From positions 1 to 64,000 of the forward strand of contig CALMGJ010000011.1 of NCBI GenBank assembly GCA_937863565.1: 64,000 nucleotides of DNA, written 5' to 3'. Of this stretch, positions 48,401 to 58,177 are shown piece after piece. Below the pieces are notes generated by a model, which saw only the letters and a list, made by a program, of their open reading frames with translations, was not told the DNA's origin and made no database searches. The translations under genes were made by a program, and so were the position numbers. Numbering within the stretch: the first letter of the stretch is position 1; every line of letters starts with the position of its first letter. Source of the DNA: an uncultured bacterium (GTDB lineage Bacteria > AUK180).

Positions 48401-48518
48401 TGCCGCTCCAGGCGATCTCGCTGAAGACAATATCGCCGGGCTGTGCGGCATGTGCGAAACATGTGAACAGGATCGCTATGGTCAATATCAATATCTTTTT
48501 CATCATGTTCTCCTTCAC
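45429..48518 (-). CDS. Secreted acidic protein with three lamin-tail domains and a C-terminal FlgD-Ig/T9SS-like sorting domain
   Basis: IVFSEIAW...EWMELFN, IVTEV...FVELY and IVISEV...WVELY motifs. The C-terminus reads TIRVYDIAGREVKTL...W.G.D.....LPIGVY. Confidence 0.8.
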   Translation of the reverse strand: MKENMMKKILILTIAILFTCFAHAAQPGDIVFSEIAWSGTLGSSGYEWMELFNTTGADIDLTGWYITDSGGTIVDLSTANTKTISAGGYYVIEYKSTSEPEKEALGDIVGDSDDLGYSKLSNDGELLTLKDASGNIIDEIDCSSGWFAGVTGAISMEKKILGKSGDDPTNWASNDLVTMNGHDHLGNPIYGTPRRRNSCAPSAETINLATSVYPKKIEVAGGDPETTTVTVELLNELYAIYASSPLLDVTLTAYPSLSGHFSGGTDTVVLTLVNGTGQTDFGGCLIPGSVRFTASSAAHIDGFSSSDLEVDAVDVSGPFAVTFIPDKDVPLISIENIKLNITISETGGMYNTQAITVHYKVYDPEGNLSGESSRNISYTSGASDYEGNLIWGSSLLFSGFIDFTNGGGITVESGSMIGIWLTGTDRKGNAMSTAENSEEDFFVELTVKDTKLIVTEVDFISTLGEDFVELYCEDDGAAGLGVDISGYYIDDLDSVSSSGSLALLSDLEENADKKIDNLTVKTGDYILLIYDNGDDLKQKFSSGATLHVIYTADSGLTDSDEQIAVFDPSGKMIDLVCWADMSGSISDDDFHEAFAAGQWNIGYGSPSDEEEIDCVASGFSKGSIVRDYYNTDTNDKADWKQTYAQTPGYGHPPDELPSGVDIVISEVYFYSPSGFPDWVELYCKDDGNEGKGVEIGGCFIKADSTPIKTFKTGTTMRTGDFAVVVQGDPKNDEYRAGADGIITVFVEGDGVALSSTDENLDFRDFSGNIKDVVVWAERSATDYGFPLDENEDLLPGAYVVPDTTAYKGEMLVDISYTEYDDFIEAIYTEDPKLGIQHWAGDVYKFFPNIVKYPDFPAGTEPDYGYVYDWTYACTGAIIANQVKEESSVTRDVNYTDTNTKDDWTITDKPTMGRGADKTDAPAGKLTDIDISPRTFVNDGSVPERLYTTITLNSLSEGVLTIRVYDIAGREVKTLVEKQPVPPGPFSTQWWGNDNENCPLPIGVYIVYFELRSDGGSVAKKAVVAIGKKM

Positions 48519-49390
48519 CAGACATACGACATTCCGGCGGCATAGGTCGCCGGTATATCGCCTTGGACGCTGTAGGAAATATCGATCATTATGTTCTTCA
48601 GAAGAACGGATACGCCGGCGCCGATCTTCCTCGAGAAATCATTGCCGAGATCCGATGAACCGAATCTCAGGCCGAAAGCCTTTCCAAGGCTCAATTCGAT
48701 CCCGGCATTGATCACTGATTCACCGCCGGACTGATTGAGGTCCATCATCGCCTTAAGGTTCAGTTTATCCGTTATACTGAAGGAATATGAGGCTCCGATA
48801 CCGGCATCGATGGCCGTAAAATCGCCAAGATCGATATATTCCACTCTTGTGCCCCAGTTCTTCACGTAGAATCCCGCAAAGAATTTTTTCAACCGGAAGG
48901 CCATCCCGAAATCAAGATAGATAGAATCCGAACTGTATTCGCCGATCGTGGAGTAGAGGTATTTGATATTCACTCCGGCATATACCGACTTCACTATCAT
49001 ATCGGACATCGTAACCGCGAAAAGGTGCTCACCGGAATAAAAATCATCCCCAGTATTCCCTTCCGCATCCCTCGATTCCTGGTATCCGTAGTTCCCGAGC
49101 CCGTATGTGAATGCGATATTCCCGAATTTCGGGATATACAGGCCTGCGGATACCGCTCCGTAGTTCATATCCATAAGATATTTGTAAAACGATATCTTGG
49201 CGAAATTCCAGCCTGAGACGGAAAGAAGGGAGGGATTGGTCAGTATGGAAGAATAATCGCCGTAATCGACCGAACAGACCGAGCCGGAGCCGAGGGCGGG
49301 CGCCGAAAAATTCATGTTCAGCATATTTATCCCGCCCGAAGAGGCCGTTATGCAAAGAGCCAGGAAGAACATCATAATGGCTTTTTTCAT
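48515..49390 (-). CDS. PorV/PorQ-family outer-membrane beta-barrel
   Basis: Signal peptide, SAPALGSG...NPSLL, GVNIKYL...DFGM, KNWG and a terminal aromatic (MSYVW). Confidence 0.78.
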   Translation of the reverse strand: MKKAIMMFFLALCITASSGGINMLNMNFSAPALGSGSVCSVDYGDYSSILTNPSLLSVSGWNFAKISFYKYLMDMNYGAVSAGLYIPKFGNIAFTYGLGNYGYQESRDAEGNTGDDFYSGEHLFAVTMSDMIVKSVYAGVNIKYLYSTIGEYSSDSIYLDFGMAFRLKKFFAGFYVKNWGTRVEYIDLGDFTAIDAGIGASYSFSITDKLNLKAMMDLNQSGGESVINAGIELSLGKAFGLRFGSSDLGNDFSRKIGAGVSVLLKNIMIDISYSVQGDIPATYAAGMSYVW

Positions 49391-49394
49391 TGTC

Positions 49395-52300
49395 TCACCT
49401 CACCACGGAGAACTTGATCATCTTCGTGAATGTCTCCGCTTTCAATATGGCGAAATAAATGCCTGCCGGTATCTTTTTCCCGCTTCTGTCCTTGAGGTCA
49501 TACGGGATCTTGAAATAGCCTGCCGTATAGTATGAATCCACTATGTCGACCACTTTTCTTGCGTCAAGCGACAGCACGGAAAGCGTGATATTCGAGCTCT
49601 TCTCGAGATTGATCTCGAATACGATCCCGTCCGTATCGGGTGTGGCCGGGTTCGGATAGGGCGTTTTAAGGTCGTTCCCTTCAAAAGACGTCACGGTGAA
49701 GTATTCGGTAAGCGTCCCGCAGGTCAGTTCCACAATATGCTTGCCGGCATCCGAGGAAAGGGAGAGCGTGAAAACGGCATTGCCTTCATCCACAGTATAG
49801 AGTGAGGCGTAGTTAAGCGAAGCGCCGGGAGGAGATGTGAGTATCTGCGCCTCAACTAAAGCGCCGAAAAGATCAAGCCCGGCTTTCGATCTTACATTGG
49901 CCGTAATATCTACCGTATACCCCGGCGCGGTATGCGGGTCCTCCGCGGGCGTGAGCGTGAGAAGATACGGATCCTTTACCGTGAATATCACGGGGAAGGA
50001 TTCGGAAATGTAAACGCCGTTCTCCTTCACGACAACATCAAATTCATAATTGCCTTCGTCGGCGGGGAAATCGAAGTTCTCCATGAGAATGCTCACATTG
50101 TCCGATGCCGTGAGGTCCGGGACGCAGACGGTCGAGCCGCTTATCGTATAAGAAGTATCAGGGATCTCCGCGCCGTCGACACGAACGGTGATATTTCCCG
50201 TGTCGGGCACGGTGAACATCTCATTCAGAACGAAATAGATATCGTCATCGCCGTTAAAAGCGGGGCTGTCAAGATAATATGTGATCTCGAGGCTGCCGCG
50301 GCCCGAGGAGGCAAGCGGCATATCTGGATATTTGTCGACCGTGAGGCTTCCGCTCACCGCTGATGCGGCATTGCCGAAGGCCGATTTTTTCCCGGCTTCG
50401 TCAACGCCCTTGACGCTCACATAGAAAAGCGTGTTCACAGGGAAAAGATTGATGATGATATCTTCCGCAGAGCCGGGCGCTGAAGGAGTGATCCCGGACG
50501 GATCGTATTTGGACGCGGCCGTGAATTCCGTATCGTTCGTGATGGGTGCGGTTGAATATGCTATCTCGTAACTTGCGCAGGTTCCGGACGAATCGTTCTC
50601 GTATGGCGCAGTGAAATGGAGGCGGATGCCGCCGAGGGCGGTATAGGAATACGCCTCGAGGTCCGTGACCGCCGTCGGGTCTTCCATATCCACCGTATTG
50701 AAACTGAATGTATATCCGTCCCCGGGAGTGCCGTCGGCGTTCCCGTCAAGACCGTTTCCCGCAGTGTCCATCGCATAATACGATATTGAAACGGTATACT
50801 CGGTATCGATACCGAGAGGAGAAGCGGGATTGAGCGTAAGCACTGTATTTCCCGACGACCATACAGGGGTATACGAAAAATCTGGCGTGAGAACGAGCGC
50901 TTCGATGACGGAGGACATATCCATCTCTTCGGAGAAAGTGATCACGACCGAGGCGGCGGTGTCCACGCCCGCGACACCGTCGACAGGAGATGTTGAAACG
51001 ATATAAGGCGGATCATTGTCCGGACAGGACGGTGCCCATATCGAGTTTTGCGCTTTCGGGGTCGCGATGAGCGGCGCGCTGTTCATATCAAGGCCGTTCA
51101 CGATGATGCCGTTATTTGTACCCCATGTAGCGGCATCGCTCCCGTCGCCGCATGGGTCCTTTCTTTCCATCGAAGTATCCGGACTGGAAAGGCCGCCGAA
51201 CCAGCCGCCCGAACAATTTACCTGATCTATCACCGTTCCCGAGGAGTTCTTGAGTATTACATTGGCGCCAGCATCGTCAAAGGCGATAGAAGAATCTATG
51301 AAATCTCCGGCAATGTCGCTTACGCATTCCTCGTCGTTCTCGATAAGATAAAAACCTCCGGCGGGGATCGTTCCCGTCAGGGTCTCATCAGTGAAACCGA
51401 TCCCTTCGATCTTCCATCCGTTCACGTTCACATCGCTCGTTCCCGGATTGTAGAGTTCCATCCACTCGTCCGAATATGAGCCCGCGGTCCCGCTCCATGC
51501 GATCTCGTTTATGAGGATCGTGCCGGTCATCGCCTCGTACACATTGACGGAGGGAGAGACGGAAAGGGCGGTAAGCGCGCCGGAACCCTTGGACCCAACA
51601 GTAAATTCATAGTCGCCGGATACCGTGCACAGCGCGCCGGGGCCGCCCGAGCTTTTATCCCCGTATGTGAATATAAGGTCCGCGCCGGAATCAAGCGCGG
51701 TTATATCGGCTACGACCTCCCAGCCGGGGCCGATGTCCGTGATCGCATTTAACGATGCCGAAACACCCGCATCACCCGAGATTGAAACGTATCCCGCAGA
51801 GGCGGGCGCGCCGCTTTGCGGCTGCGTCCAGTTGTCCGGAACGAAGAAGGATACCTGACCCCCGGCCATATCGAGGGCGGCCGTATAGGTCAGTTTAAGC
51901 GACTGATACGCATTGAGCGGCACTTTTGCCGGAGCGATCGATGCCGTTCCCATTCCGTCGCCGTACTGACCCGTAGTGAAGGAGAGCGTGAGCGTATCCG
52001 CGCCGGACTGGGTCACGAAAGCGGAATACGCGAGCGTATTCCCCGCCACATCCGTTATAATGGATTGAACAAGATAGACCGTATATGCCGTGCCGTAGGC
52101 AAGGTCATTGTGGTTCACCGTGAGCGTTTTCGTATCATTGCTCCATGCATAGGTGACGCCGCCCGGGTCGGGCGACACGGAAATGCCGGATGTTGAGGTA
52201 TCTACCATCGTTTCGCCGAAATCAAGAGTGATGGCCGCGGTCACTTCGACCGAGCCGGCCCCGTTCGACGGAGATGTCGAGGTCACTTGAGGAGGCGTAG

Positions 52301-52967
52301 TATCGCCGCCGCAGCCCGGAGGGTTCTCTTTTGCCGAAGATGAGTTCTGGGGGTTCCTCCCGTTGGTCTGAACGACGAAATCGGTGCAGTTATTGTTCGA
52401 ATCGTAAGCATTCCCCGATGTTACATGCGCCCCTCCCGAAGCAAGGTCCGCGGCCGTCGAGGAGGAGAAGGCCTTTCTTTCAACGCTGTTATTGTTGGCG
52501 GAAGTGCCGTGATTTACGGTTGTAGATCCGCCTTCGGCCTCGGCATTTGCAGTGCAGACGGTCACGTCCCAGAGCACTTTGTCGATCTCATTGCTAAGTT
52601 CGTCTATTATTCGGATCCCTCTACCCCCTGAAGTTTCAGCAAAACCGAAATATGTCGCATGATAGAGGTCTGCCGTAGTAGTAGTGAAATACGCTGCGGA
52701 AGAAGCCATGAGATAGAATTTTCCGGAAGGCAAGACCGTTGAGGCCGGTATCGTTAATTTATCTCCCCAGGATGCTCCGCTCCAGTACTGGAGTTTCCAT
52801 CCCGAAATATCCACATCGGAGCAGGTGGGATTGTATATCTCGACGAACTCGTCATATGCGGATGAAGCTCCCCTTGTCGTGAATTCGGATATGACCACAT
52901 CGCCGGGATTGCCCGCATAGACGGAAAACACAAAAGCGCACAGTATGAAAGCGAGGAGTTTTTTCAT
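49395..52967 (-). CDS. Large secreted protein with lamin-tail, Big_5 Ig-like and FN3-like domains and a T9SS/FlgD-like CTD
   Basis: VVISEF...DEFVEIYNP, DTTPPQVTSTSP, ILINEIAW...EWMELYNP and DNDPPYIVSTSP motifs. The C-terminus reads PYPNP...GIYF...KFSVVR. Confidence 0.82.
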   Translation of the reverse strand: MKKLLAFILCAFVFSVYAGNPGDVVISEFTTRGASSAYDEFVEIYNPTCSDVDISGWKLQYWSGASWGDKLTIPASTVLPSGKFYLMASSAAYFTTTTADLYHATYFGFAETSGGRGIRIIDELSNEIDKVLWDVTVCTANAEAEGGSTTVNHGTSANNNSVERKAFSSSTAADLASGGAHVTSGNAYDSNNNCTDFVVQTNGRNPQNSSSAKENPPGCGGDTTPPQVTSTSPSNGAGSVEVTAAITLDFGETMVDTSTSGISVSPDPGGVTYAWSNDTKTLTVNHNDLAYGTAYTVYLVQSIITDVAGNTLAYSAFVTQSGADTLTLSFTTGQYGDGMGTASIAPAKVPLNAYQSLKLTYTAALDMAGGQVSFFVPDNWTQPQSGAPASAGYVSISGDAGVSASLNAITDIGPGWEVVADITALDSGADLIFTYGDKSSGGPGALCTVSGDYEFTVGSKGSGALTALSVSPSVNVYEAMTGTILINEIAWSGTAGSYSDEWMELYNPGTSDVNVNGWKIEGIGFTDETLTGTIPAGGFYLIENDEECVSDIAGDFIDSSIAFDDAGANVILKNSSGTVIDQVNCSGGWFGGLSSPDTSMERKDPCGDGSDAATWGTNNGIIVNGLDMNSAPLIATPKAQNSIWAPSCPDNDPPYIVSTSPVDGVAGVDTAASVVITFSEEMDMSSVIEALVLTPDFSYTPVWSSGNTVLTLNPASPLGIDTEYTVSISYYAMDTAGNGLDGNADGTPGDGYTFSFNTVDMEDPTAVTDLEAYSYTALGGIRLHFTAPYENDSSGTCASYEIAYSTAPITNDTEFTAASKYDPSGITPSAPGSAEDIIINLFPVNTLFYVSVKGVDEAGKKSAFGNAASAVSGSLTVDKYPDMPLASSGRGSLEITYYLDSPAFNGDDDIYFVLNEMFTVPDTGNITVRVDGAEIPDTSYTISGSTVCVPDLTASDNVSILMENFDFPADEGNYEFDVVVKENGVYISESFPVIFTVKDPYLLTLTPAEDPHTAPGYTVDITANVRSKAGLDLFGALVEAQILTSPPGASLNYASLYTVDEGNAVFTLSLSSDAGKHIVELTCGTLTEYFTVTSFEGNDLKTPYPNPATPDTDGIVFEINLEKSSNITLSVLSLDARKVVDIVDSYYTAGYFKIPYDLKDRSGKKIPAGIYFAILKAETFTKMIKFSVVR

Positions 52968-53197
52968 TTTTTATCTCCCTTATTTTTTTTGAGAAGTTTT
53001 TCGCGAAGCGCCGCGGCTTGTTTTAACCTTTCCGCCGTCGCCCCTTTTGAGATATTCATTTCGATATCGAGCACATCGCCTTCTTTGAGCCCCTTCGGGA
53101 GGCGCGCGCGGATAATGTAGATCTCTCCGCAGTTTCCGTCAAGGACGATAACGGCAGTGCCGTCCTCGAACCTGTCGCATACGCCTTTTAGTTTCAT
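52964..53197 (-). CDS. DUF3006 family protein
   Basis: GVCDRFEDGTAV...LPKGLKEGDVL...T..R motif, with an AGGAG SD. Confidence 0.85.
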   Translation of the reverse strand: MKLKGVCDRFEDGTAVIVLDGNCGEIYIIRARLPKGLKEGDVLDIEMNISKGATAERLKQAAALREKLLKKNKGDKK

Positions 53198-53245
53198 TTT
53201 TTCTCTCCTGTAAGGATATGATCATTTCTGATACGATACATTATC

Positions 53246-53274
53246 ATTTTAAGAAATTTCGCCTTTTTTTGCAA
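53246..53274 (-). promoter_or_regulatory. sigma70 promoter for the DUF3006-to-comEC operon
   Basis: TTGCAA-17nt-TAAAAT, overlapping the end of the upstream rSAM gene. Confidence 0.6.
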
Positions 53275-54259
53275 ATATCGGCCGGGTGGGAAAATATTTC
53301 TTTCTGATCGAAAGACGCGAACCGGGCTTTATCTCGATCGTGATGCCCCTGGCGTTAAAATACTCCATATTCTCTTTTTTAAAACCTATGATATGCGCGA
53401 TAATGCCTTCCGGCGCATAGACCATATATCTGCCGGGGCCATGCATCCTCTCTTCGAGCATCTTTCTGTAATACCTTGACCATACGATGGAGCCGAAAGC
53501 CGGATGGAAAGGGCCGGCAATTATATTGCCTTTCTTTAGAAGGTTCTCATCAGGGAAAAGCCCCAAACGTGTAACGGGGATATCTTTTTTTATGAAATAT
53601 TTAAGTGAAAGCGCTGTGAGATCCGCCGCTTCTCCGATATCAAGAGGGCAATATTCCCCTTTAGCGTAAAGCCCGGCAAGCGCCGTTCCCTTCAGTACAA
53701 TGGCCGGATGTATCCTTACACCTGCGGGAGCCAGGCGGGCGGCTTTTCTCGCCGTATCAAGATATTTCTCTTTAGAATCCCCGGGAAGACCGCACAAAAG
53801 ATGAATATGAAGAGGGATCTTCATCCCTTTAAGTATTCCCGCTTTCTTCCGGTAAAAGGCAAAGGGATGATTTGGCCTTCCGCATTTCTCGAGCACATCA
53901 CCGTTGAAAGATTCTATGCCTATCTCTATAGCGGATATGCGGGTTTTCTTCATGACCTTCATTATCTTCGCTTTCTCTATGCTCTCCGCTGTAGTGGAGA
54001 TCCTGATCCCCTTCATCCTCCCCGAAACCGGAAGAGCATCAAGATATTCAGATATCCTCTCGAAAGGCAGTGCAAGAAAACTGCCTCCGTAGAATCCCAC
54101 AAGAAAATCCCCCTTCACTCCGCTCGCCGCTTTCGCCAGGAATTCGCCGGCATCGGCCGGGGATCTTATTTTTGATATGCCCGTCGCTATATGCTGCTGG
54201 CAGTACGAACATCTCCTTACGCAGCCGGCGTAAGGAAGGAATAAAGGGATTATCTTCAT
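53249..54259 (-). CDS. Elp3/YhcC-like radical SAM protein (rnc-associated)
   Basis: PLFLPYAGCVRRCSYCQQ, FYGGSF, GLPGD and AGPFHPAFG motifs. Confidence 0.85.
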   Translation of the reverse strand: MKIIPLFLPYAGCVRRCSYCQQHIATGISKIRSPADAGEFLAKAASGVKGDFLVGFYGGSFLALPFERISEYLDALPVSGRMKGIRISTTAESIEKAKIMKVMKKTRISAIEIGIESFNGDVLEKCGRPNHPFAFYRKKAGILKGMKIPLHIHLLCGLPGDSKEKYLDTARKAARLAPAGVRIHPAIVLKGTALAGLYAKGEYCPLDIGEAADLTALSLKYFIKKDIPVTRLGLFPDENLLKKGNIIAGPFHPAFGSIVWSRYYRKMLEERMHGPGRYMVYAPEGIIAHIIGFKKENMEYFNARGITIEIKPGSRLSIRKKYFPTRPIFAKKGEIS

Positions 54260-54963
54260 TTTATCTTGAGTTTTTTCACGGCATCGTCCGCAGCGGATGC
54301 CTCGGCTTCCTTTTTGGAGGGACCGCGGCCGTGTCCTACAGGTTTTTCCCCTATGAAGACCTCGGCCATGAAAGAGTTGCCTGCTTTTTTTACGATGTAC
54401 TTCGGCACAGATTTGGACCTTTTCATCGTATATTCCTGCAGAACGCCCTTCGGATTGAAAACGGTGGATTTTTCAAGGATCAGAGAGGAGTATTTCTTCA
54501 GGATGCCCATAAGTATTTCGGAGACCCTTTTGATCCCCGCATCGATGTAAAGAGCTCCCATCACAGCTTCGAAGGTGTTCTCGAGAACGGATTTGTTCTT
54601 TGAGATCTCCTCGGAATTTGTAAAAACAAAATGCTCAAGTTCGAATTTCTGCCCGAGGGCGTAAAGGAAATCCCTTGAGGAAAGGATATGTTTCCCTACC
54701 GAAAGAAAACCTTCATCTTCCTTTTTATAATCCCTGTAAAGGGCGTCTGAAATAACAAAATTTATGACGGCATCCCCGAGAAATTCGAGCCTTTCATTAT
54801 CCACATCTACATGCTGACTGGCGCCTTTGAACGATGAATGGATCAGGGATTGAACCAGAAGTATCTTGTTCTTGAAGTTGTATCCGATCTGTTTTTCAAG
54901 GTTATTGAGCCTTTTGCTGTGATACAGAAGAATGAGGGGATTTTCAGGTTTAGATCTTTCCAA
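54256..54963 (-). CDS. rnc: Ribonuclease III
   Basis: NERLEFLGDAV signature, FEAVMGALYID, and a dsRBD (G.G.SKKEAE). The start is uncertain. Confidence 0.95.
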   Translation of the reverse strand: MERSKPENPLILLYHSKRLNNLEKQIGYNFKNKILLVQSLIHSSFKGASQHVDVDNERLEFLGDAVINFVISDALYRDYKKEDEGFLSVGKHILSSRDFLYALGQKFELEHFVFTNSEEISKNKSVLENTFEAVMGALYIDAGIKRVSEILMGILKKYSSLILEKSTVFNPKGVLQEYTMKRSKSVPKYIVKKAGNSFMAEVFIGEKPVGHGRGPSKKEAEASAADDAVKKLKIK

Positions 54964-56188
54964 AAAGAAGAACCCCGTTATGTCCGCCGAAGCCGAAGCT
55001 GTTCGAAATCACGTAATCCACTTTCTGTTCCCTTGCTTTATTGGGAACATAATCGAGGTCCATCTCCGCATCAGGAGTTTCGTAGTTTATTGTGGGCGGG
55101 ATGATCCCTTTCTTCATAACGAGTATTGAAGCTATCGCCTCCACTGCCGCGGTGGCGCCCAGCATGTGTCCCGTCATCGATTTGTTGGAAGAAACGGGGA
55201 TCTTTTTCGCGTGATCGCCGAAAAGGTCCTTTATGGCAAGTGTCTCATTGAGATCGTTCGCTTTTGTGGATGTCCCGTGGGCGTTCACATATCCGATCTT
55301 TTCCTTATCGATCCCGGCAATTCTGATCGCCTGTTCCATTGCCCTTCTTCCGCCTTCGGCCCGGGGGGCGGGAGCGGTATCGTGATGAGCATCCGCCGTA
55401 TTGCCTGCGCCGAGCAGCTCGGCATAGATGTTCGCGCCTCTTTTCTTCGCGTGTTCATATTCCTCTAAAATGAGCATGCCGGCGCCTTCTGCTATTATGA
55501 AGCCGTCCCTTTTTGCGTCAAAAGGCCTTGAGGCTTTTTCCGGTTCATCATTGAACGCCGTTGAAAGGGCCTGAATGGAACAGAAAGCGGCTATCGAAAG
55601 CGGTGTCAGCGGAGCTTCGGAACCCCCCGTAATGGCAGCATCTATAAGACCGTTCTTGATATCCCAGAAAGCGGACATGATCGCGTGCGCCGAGGACGCG
55701 CAGGCGGTAGTAACCGAAAAGTTGGAGCCTTTCAGACCGTATCTCATCGAGATCTTGCCGGGGAGGATATCTGTTATCATCTTGATGATAAGGAAAGGGC
55801 TGACGCGGTCCGCTCCGTTATTGACCATATTTATATTTTCCTTTTCTATCTCTTCTATGCCGCCGATACCGGAGCCCGTGATCACACCCACTCGTTCCGG
55901 AGAGTAAAAATTCCAGTCCATTCCCGCGTCATTGACCGCTTCAATCGCTGCGGTCAGTCCGTAAATGACAAATTTTGACAGCCGTCTTATTTCTTTCTTG
56001 TCAAGCCTCAACAGCGGATCGAAGTTCTTCAATGTACCCGCTATTTTTGACGTATATTTTTCCATGGGGAAATCATTGAACTTGACTATGCCGCACTTCC
56101 CTCCGATCAGATTATTCCAATATTCGGGCACGCTGTTGCCCAAGGGATTTAGAGTACCCAGACCCGTTATGACAACTCTTCTTTCCAT
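54950..56188 (-). CDS. fabF: 3-oxoacyl-ACP synthase II
   Basis: RRVVITGLG, TACASS, NAHGTST, GHMLG and NSFGFGGHN motifs. Confidence 0.97.
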   Translation of the reverse strand: MERRVVITGLGTLNPLGNSVPEYWNNLIGGKCGIVKFNDFPMEKYTSKIAGTLKNFDPLLRLDKKEIRRLSKFVIYGLTAAIEAVNDAGMDWNFYSPERVGVITGSGIGGIEEIEKENINMVNNGADRVSPFLIIKMITDILPGKISMRYGLKGSNFSVTTACASSAHAIMSAFWDIKNGLIDAAITGGSEAPLTPLSIAAFCSIQALSTAFNDEPEKASRPFDAKRDGFIIAEGAGMLILEEYEHAKKRGANIYAELLGAGNTADAHHDTAPAPRAEGGRRAMEQAIRIAGIDKEKIGYVNAHGTSTKANDLNETLAIKDLFGDHAKKIPVSSNKSMTGHMLGATAAVEAIASILVMKKGIIPPTINYETPDAEMDLDYVPNKAREQKVDYVISNSFGFGGHNGVLLFGKI

Positions 56189-56202
56189 TCACTGACTCCT
56201 TT

Positions 56203-56233
56203 AAAAAAGGGGCAGGCGATAACGCCTGCCACC
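56203..56233 (-). terminator. Intrinsic terminator/attenuator after acpP
   Basis: GGCAGGCG-TTAT-CGCCTGCC hairpin followed by CCTTTTTT on the minus strand. Confidence 0.8.
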
Positions 56234-56247
56234 TTTCAGGGAAAAAT

Positions 56248-56484
56248 CTATTTGCCTACGTGTTCTTCGAGATAGGCAACGAGCGAGCCGAATGTTTTGA
56301 GAGTTTCAGCATCGCTGGCGGGTATCTTGATGTTGTATTCGGTTTCTATTTCCATGATGAAATCCATAACATCAAGAGAATCGGCGCCCAGATCCTCGAC
56401 GAATCTCGCTTCATCAGTGATCTCGCTTTCCGATTTCCCCAATTTTTCCACCATTTTTGCTTTCAGATTTTCTCTGATTCCCAT
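56248..56484 (-). CDS. acpP: Acyl carrier protein
   Basis: DLGADSLD phosphopantetheine site, within the fab cluster. Confidence 0.97.
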   Translation of the reverse strand: MGIRENLKAKMVEKLGKSESEITDEARFVEDLGADSLDVMDFIMEIETEYNIKIPASDAETLKTFGSLVAYLEEHVGK

Positions 56485-56503
56485 ATATACCTCCTAATAT
56501 GCG

Positions 56504-57241
56504 CTACATTATCATGCCGCCATCGCAATTTATGACCTGTCCCGTTACGTATTTTGCAAGGTCGGACGAAAGGAACAGAACGATGCCGGCAACATCCTTC
56601 GGCGTTCCGAACTTTTTCAAGGGAATGAATTTCATATATTCTTCACGGACATTTTCCGGCAGAGCCTGGGTCATCTTCGTTTCTATGAATCCCGGGGCAA
56701 TGGCATTTGCGGTAACGCCCCGTGAAGCGAATTCTTTCGCTACGGACTTCGTGAACGCAATGAGGCCGCCCTTGGAGGCAGCGTAGTTCGCCTGGCCGGC
56801 ATTTCCCATTATCCCTATCACGGATGCGATATTGACGATCGTTCCGGATTTCTGTTTGATCAGGGTCCGTGAAAAAGCGCTTACCATGTTAAAAGCGGAT
56901 TTAAGGTTTACCGAAAGAACCTTATCCCACTCATTTTCCGTCATTCTCATAAGCAGGTTGTCGCGCGTGATCCCGGCATTGTTCACAAGGATGTCGCATT
57001 TCTCGTATTTTGCGAGGAATTCGTCCTTGAAGCCGTTCACGGCATTGAAATCCGATACGTCAAGGATGAAGGTCTCTTCCTTTGTTACTGTTTTAAGCTC
57101 TTCAAGGCCTTCCTTGTCAAGGTCAATCCCGATCACTTTAGCTCCGTTCTCGGAAAGGGTCATGGCAATATCCCTTCCAATACCTCTTGCAGCACCCGTA
57201 ACACATGCAGTTTTTCCAAAAAGATCGATCTTCATCATCAC
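56504..57241 (-). CDS. fabG: 3-oxoacyl-ACP reductase
   Basis: [16 protein letters not shown] and GQANYAASK motifs. Confidence 0.97.
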   Translation of the reverse strand: MMMKIDLFGKTACVTGAARGIGRDIAMTLSENGAKVIGIDLDKEGLEELKTVTKEETFILDVSDFNAVNGFKDEFLAKYEKCDILVNNAGITRDNLLMRMTENEWDKVLSVNLKSAFNMVSAFSRTLIKQKSGTIVNIASVIGIMGNAGQANYAASKGGLIAFTKSVAKEFASRGVTANAIAPGFIETKMTQALPENVREEYMKFIPLKKFGTPKDVAGIVLFLSSDLAKYVTGQVINCDGGMIM

Positions 57242-58173
57242 ATCTCCATATTTTTTAAATTTTCCAGGTCGGCCAGCTTGTCCACATTCCGACGCTCTAT
57301 ATTCGGCGCGAATCTTTTCATAAGCCCGGTAAGAACATTACCGGGGCCTATTTCCACAACAGATTCAATGCCTTCTTTGAGAAATGTCCCCATTGTCCCG
57401 GTCCATTTCACCGGGGATGTTATCTGCCGGCTGATATATCGTCTTATTGCCTCTTTATCGGATTCCGGCGCACCCGTCACATTAGGAATGAATTTTACAG
57501 ACGGCTCAGCCAGTTCGAGACCGGCAACAAATGCCGCATATTCCTCTGATGCGCCGCTCATAAGAGGAGAATGCCATGCGCCGGAGACCTTGAGCTCGAG
57601 AAGCCGGGCTTTGATGTTCTCCCCGTTCACGGTCTTCATGAAACCGTCCATGCCGGAAGCGTCTCCCGATATTACGGTCTGCCCGTTGGTATTGTAATTC
57701 GCAGCCACGACAATGCCGTCTTTAACTTTGGAAATGACCGCGTTCACGACAGCATCTTCAGGTCCCAGGACCGCGTACATCTTTCCCTCTTTCTTTTTCG
57801 ATTCTCTTTCCATAAGGCGAGCCCTTTCCGCGATCAGCCTGAAAGCATCTTCTCTTTTCAGTATTCCGGCGCAATAGAGGGCCGAGGCCTCTCCAACCGA
57901 ATGTCCTGCAGTAATGAACGGTTTCATCCCGAATTCGCTTCGCAGTGTTTCTAGGATCGCGATCTCGACGGTGATCATCGCAGGCTGGGTGTTCATTGTC
58001 CGTTTAAGCTCTTCCTCGTCAGAATCGAAGATCAGTTTTGCCATATCCATGCCGGTCATTTCAGATGCCTCCCGGAAGACCTCTTTCACGGCATCGAAGC
58101 TCTGAAAAAATTCATAGCCCATTTTGATATACTGGGCGCCTTGTCCGGGAAATATGAACGCTGTTTTCTTCAC
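57238..58173 (-). CDS. fabD: Malonyl-CoA:ACP transacylase
   Basis: FPGQGAQ, GHSVGE and VSGAWHS motifs. Confidence 0.96.
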   Translation of the reverse strand: MKKTAFIFPGQGAQYIKMGYEFFQSFDAVKEVFREASEMTGMDMAKLIFDSDEEELKRTMNTQPAMITVEIAILETLRSEFGMKPFITAGHSVGEASALYCAGILKREDAFRLIAERARLMERESKKKEGKMYAVLGPEDAVVNAVISKVKDGIVVAANYNTNGQTVISGDASGMDGFMKTVNGENIKARLLELKVSGAWHSPLMSGASEEYAAFVAGLELAEPSVKFIPNVTGAPESDKEAIRRYISRQITSPVKWTGTMGTFLKEGIESVVEIGPGNVLTGLMKRFAPNIERRNVDKLADLENLKNMEM

Positions 58174-58177
58174 GGCC

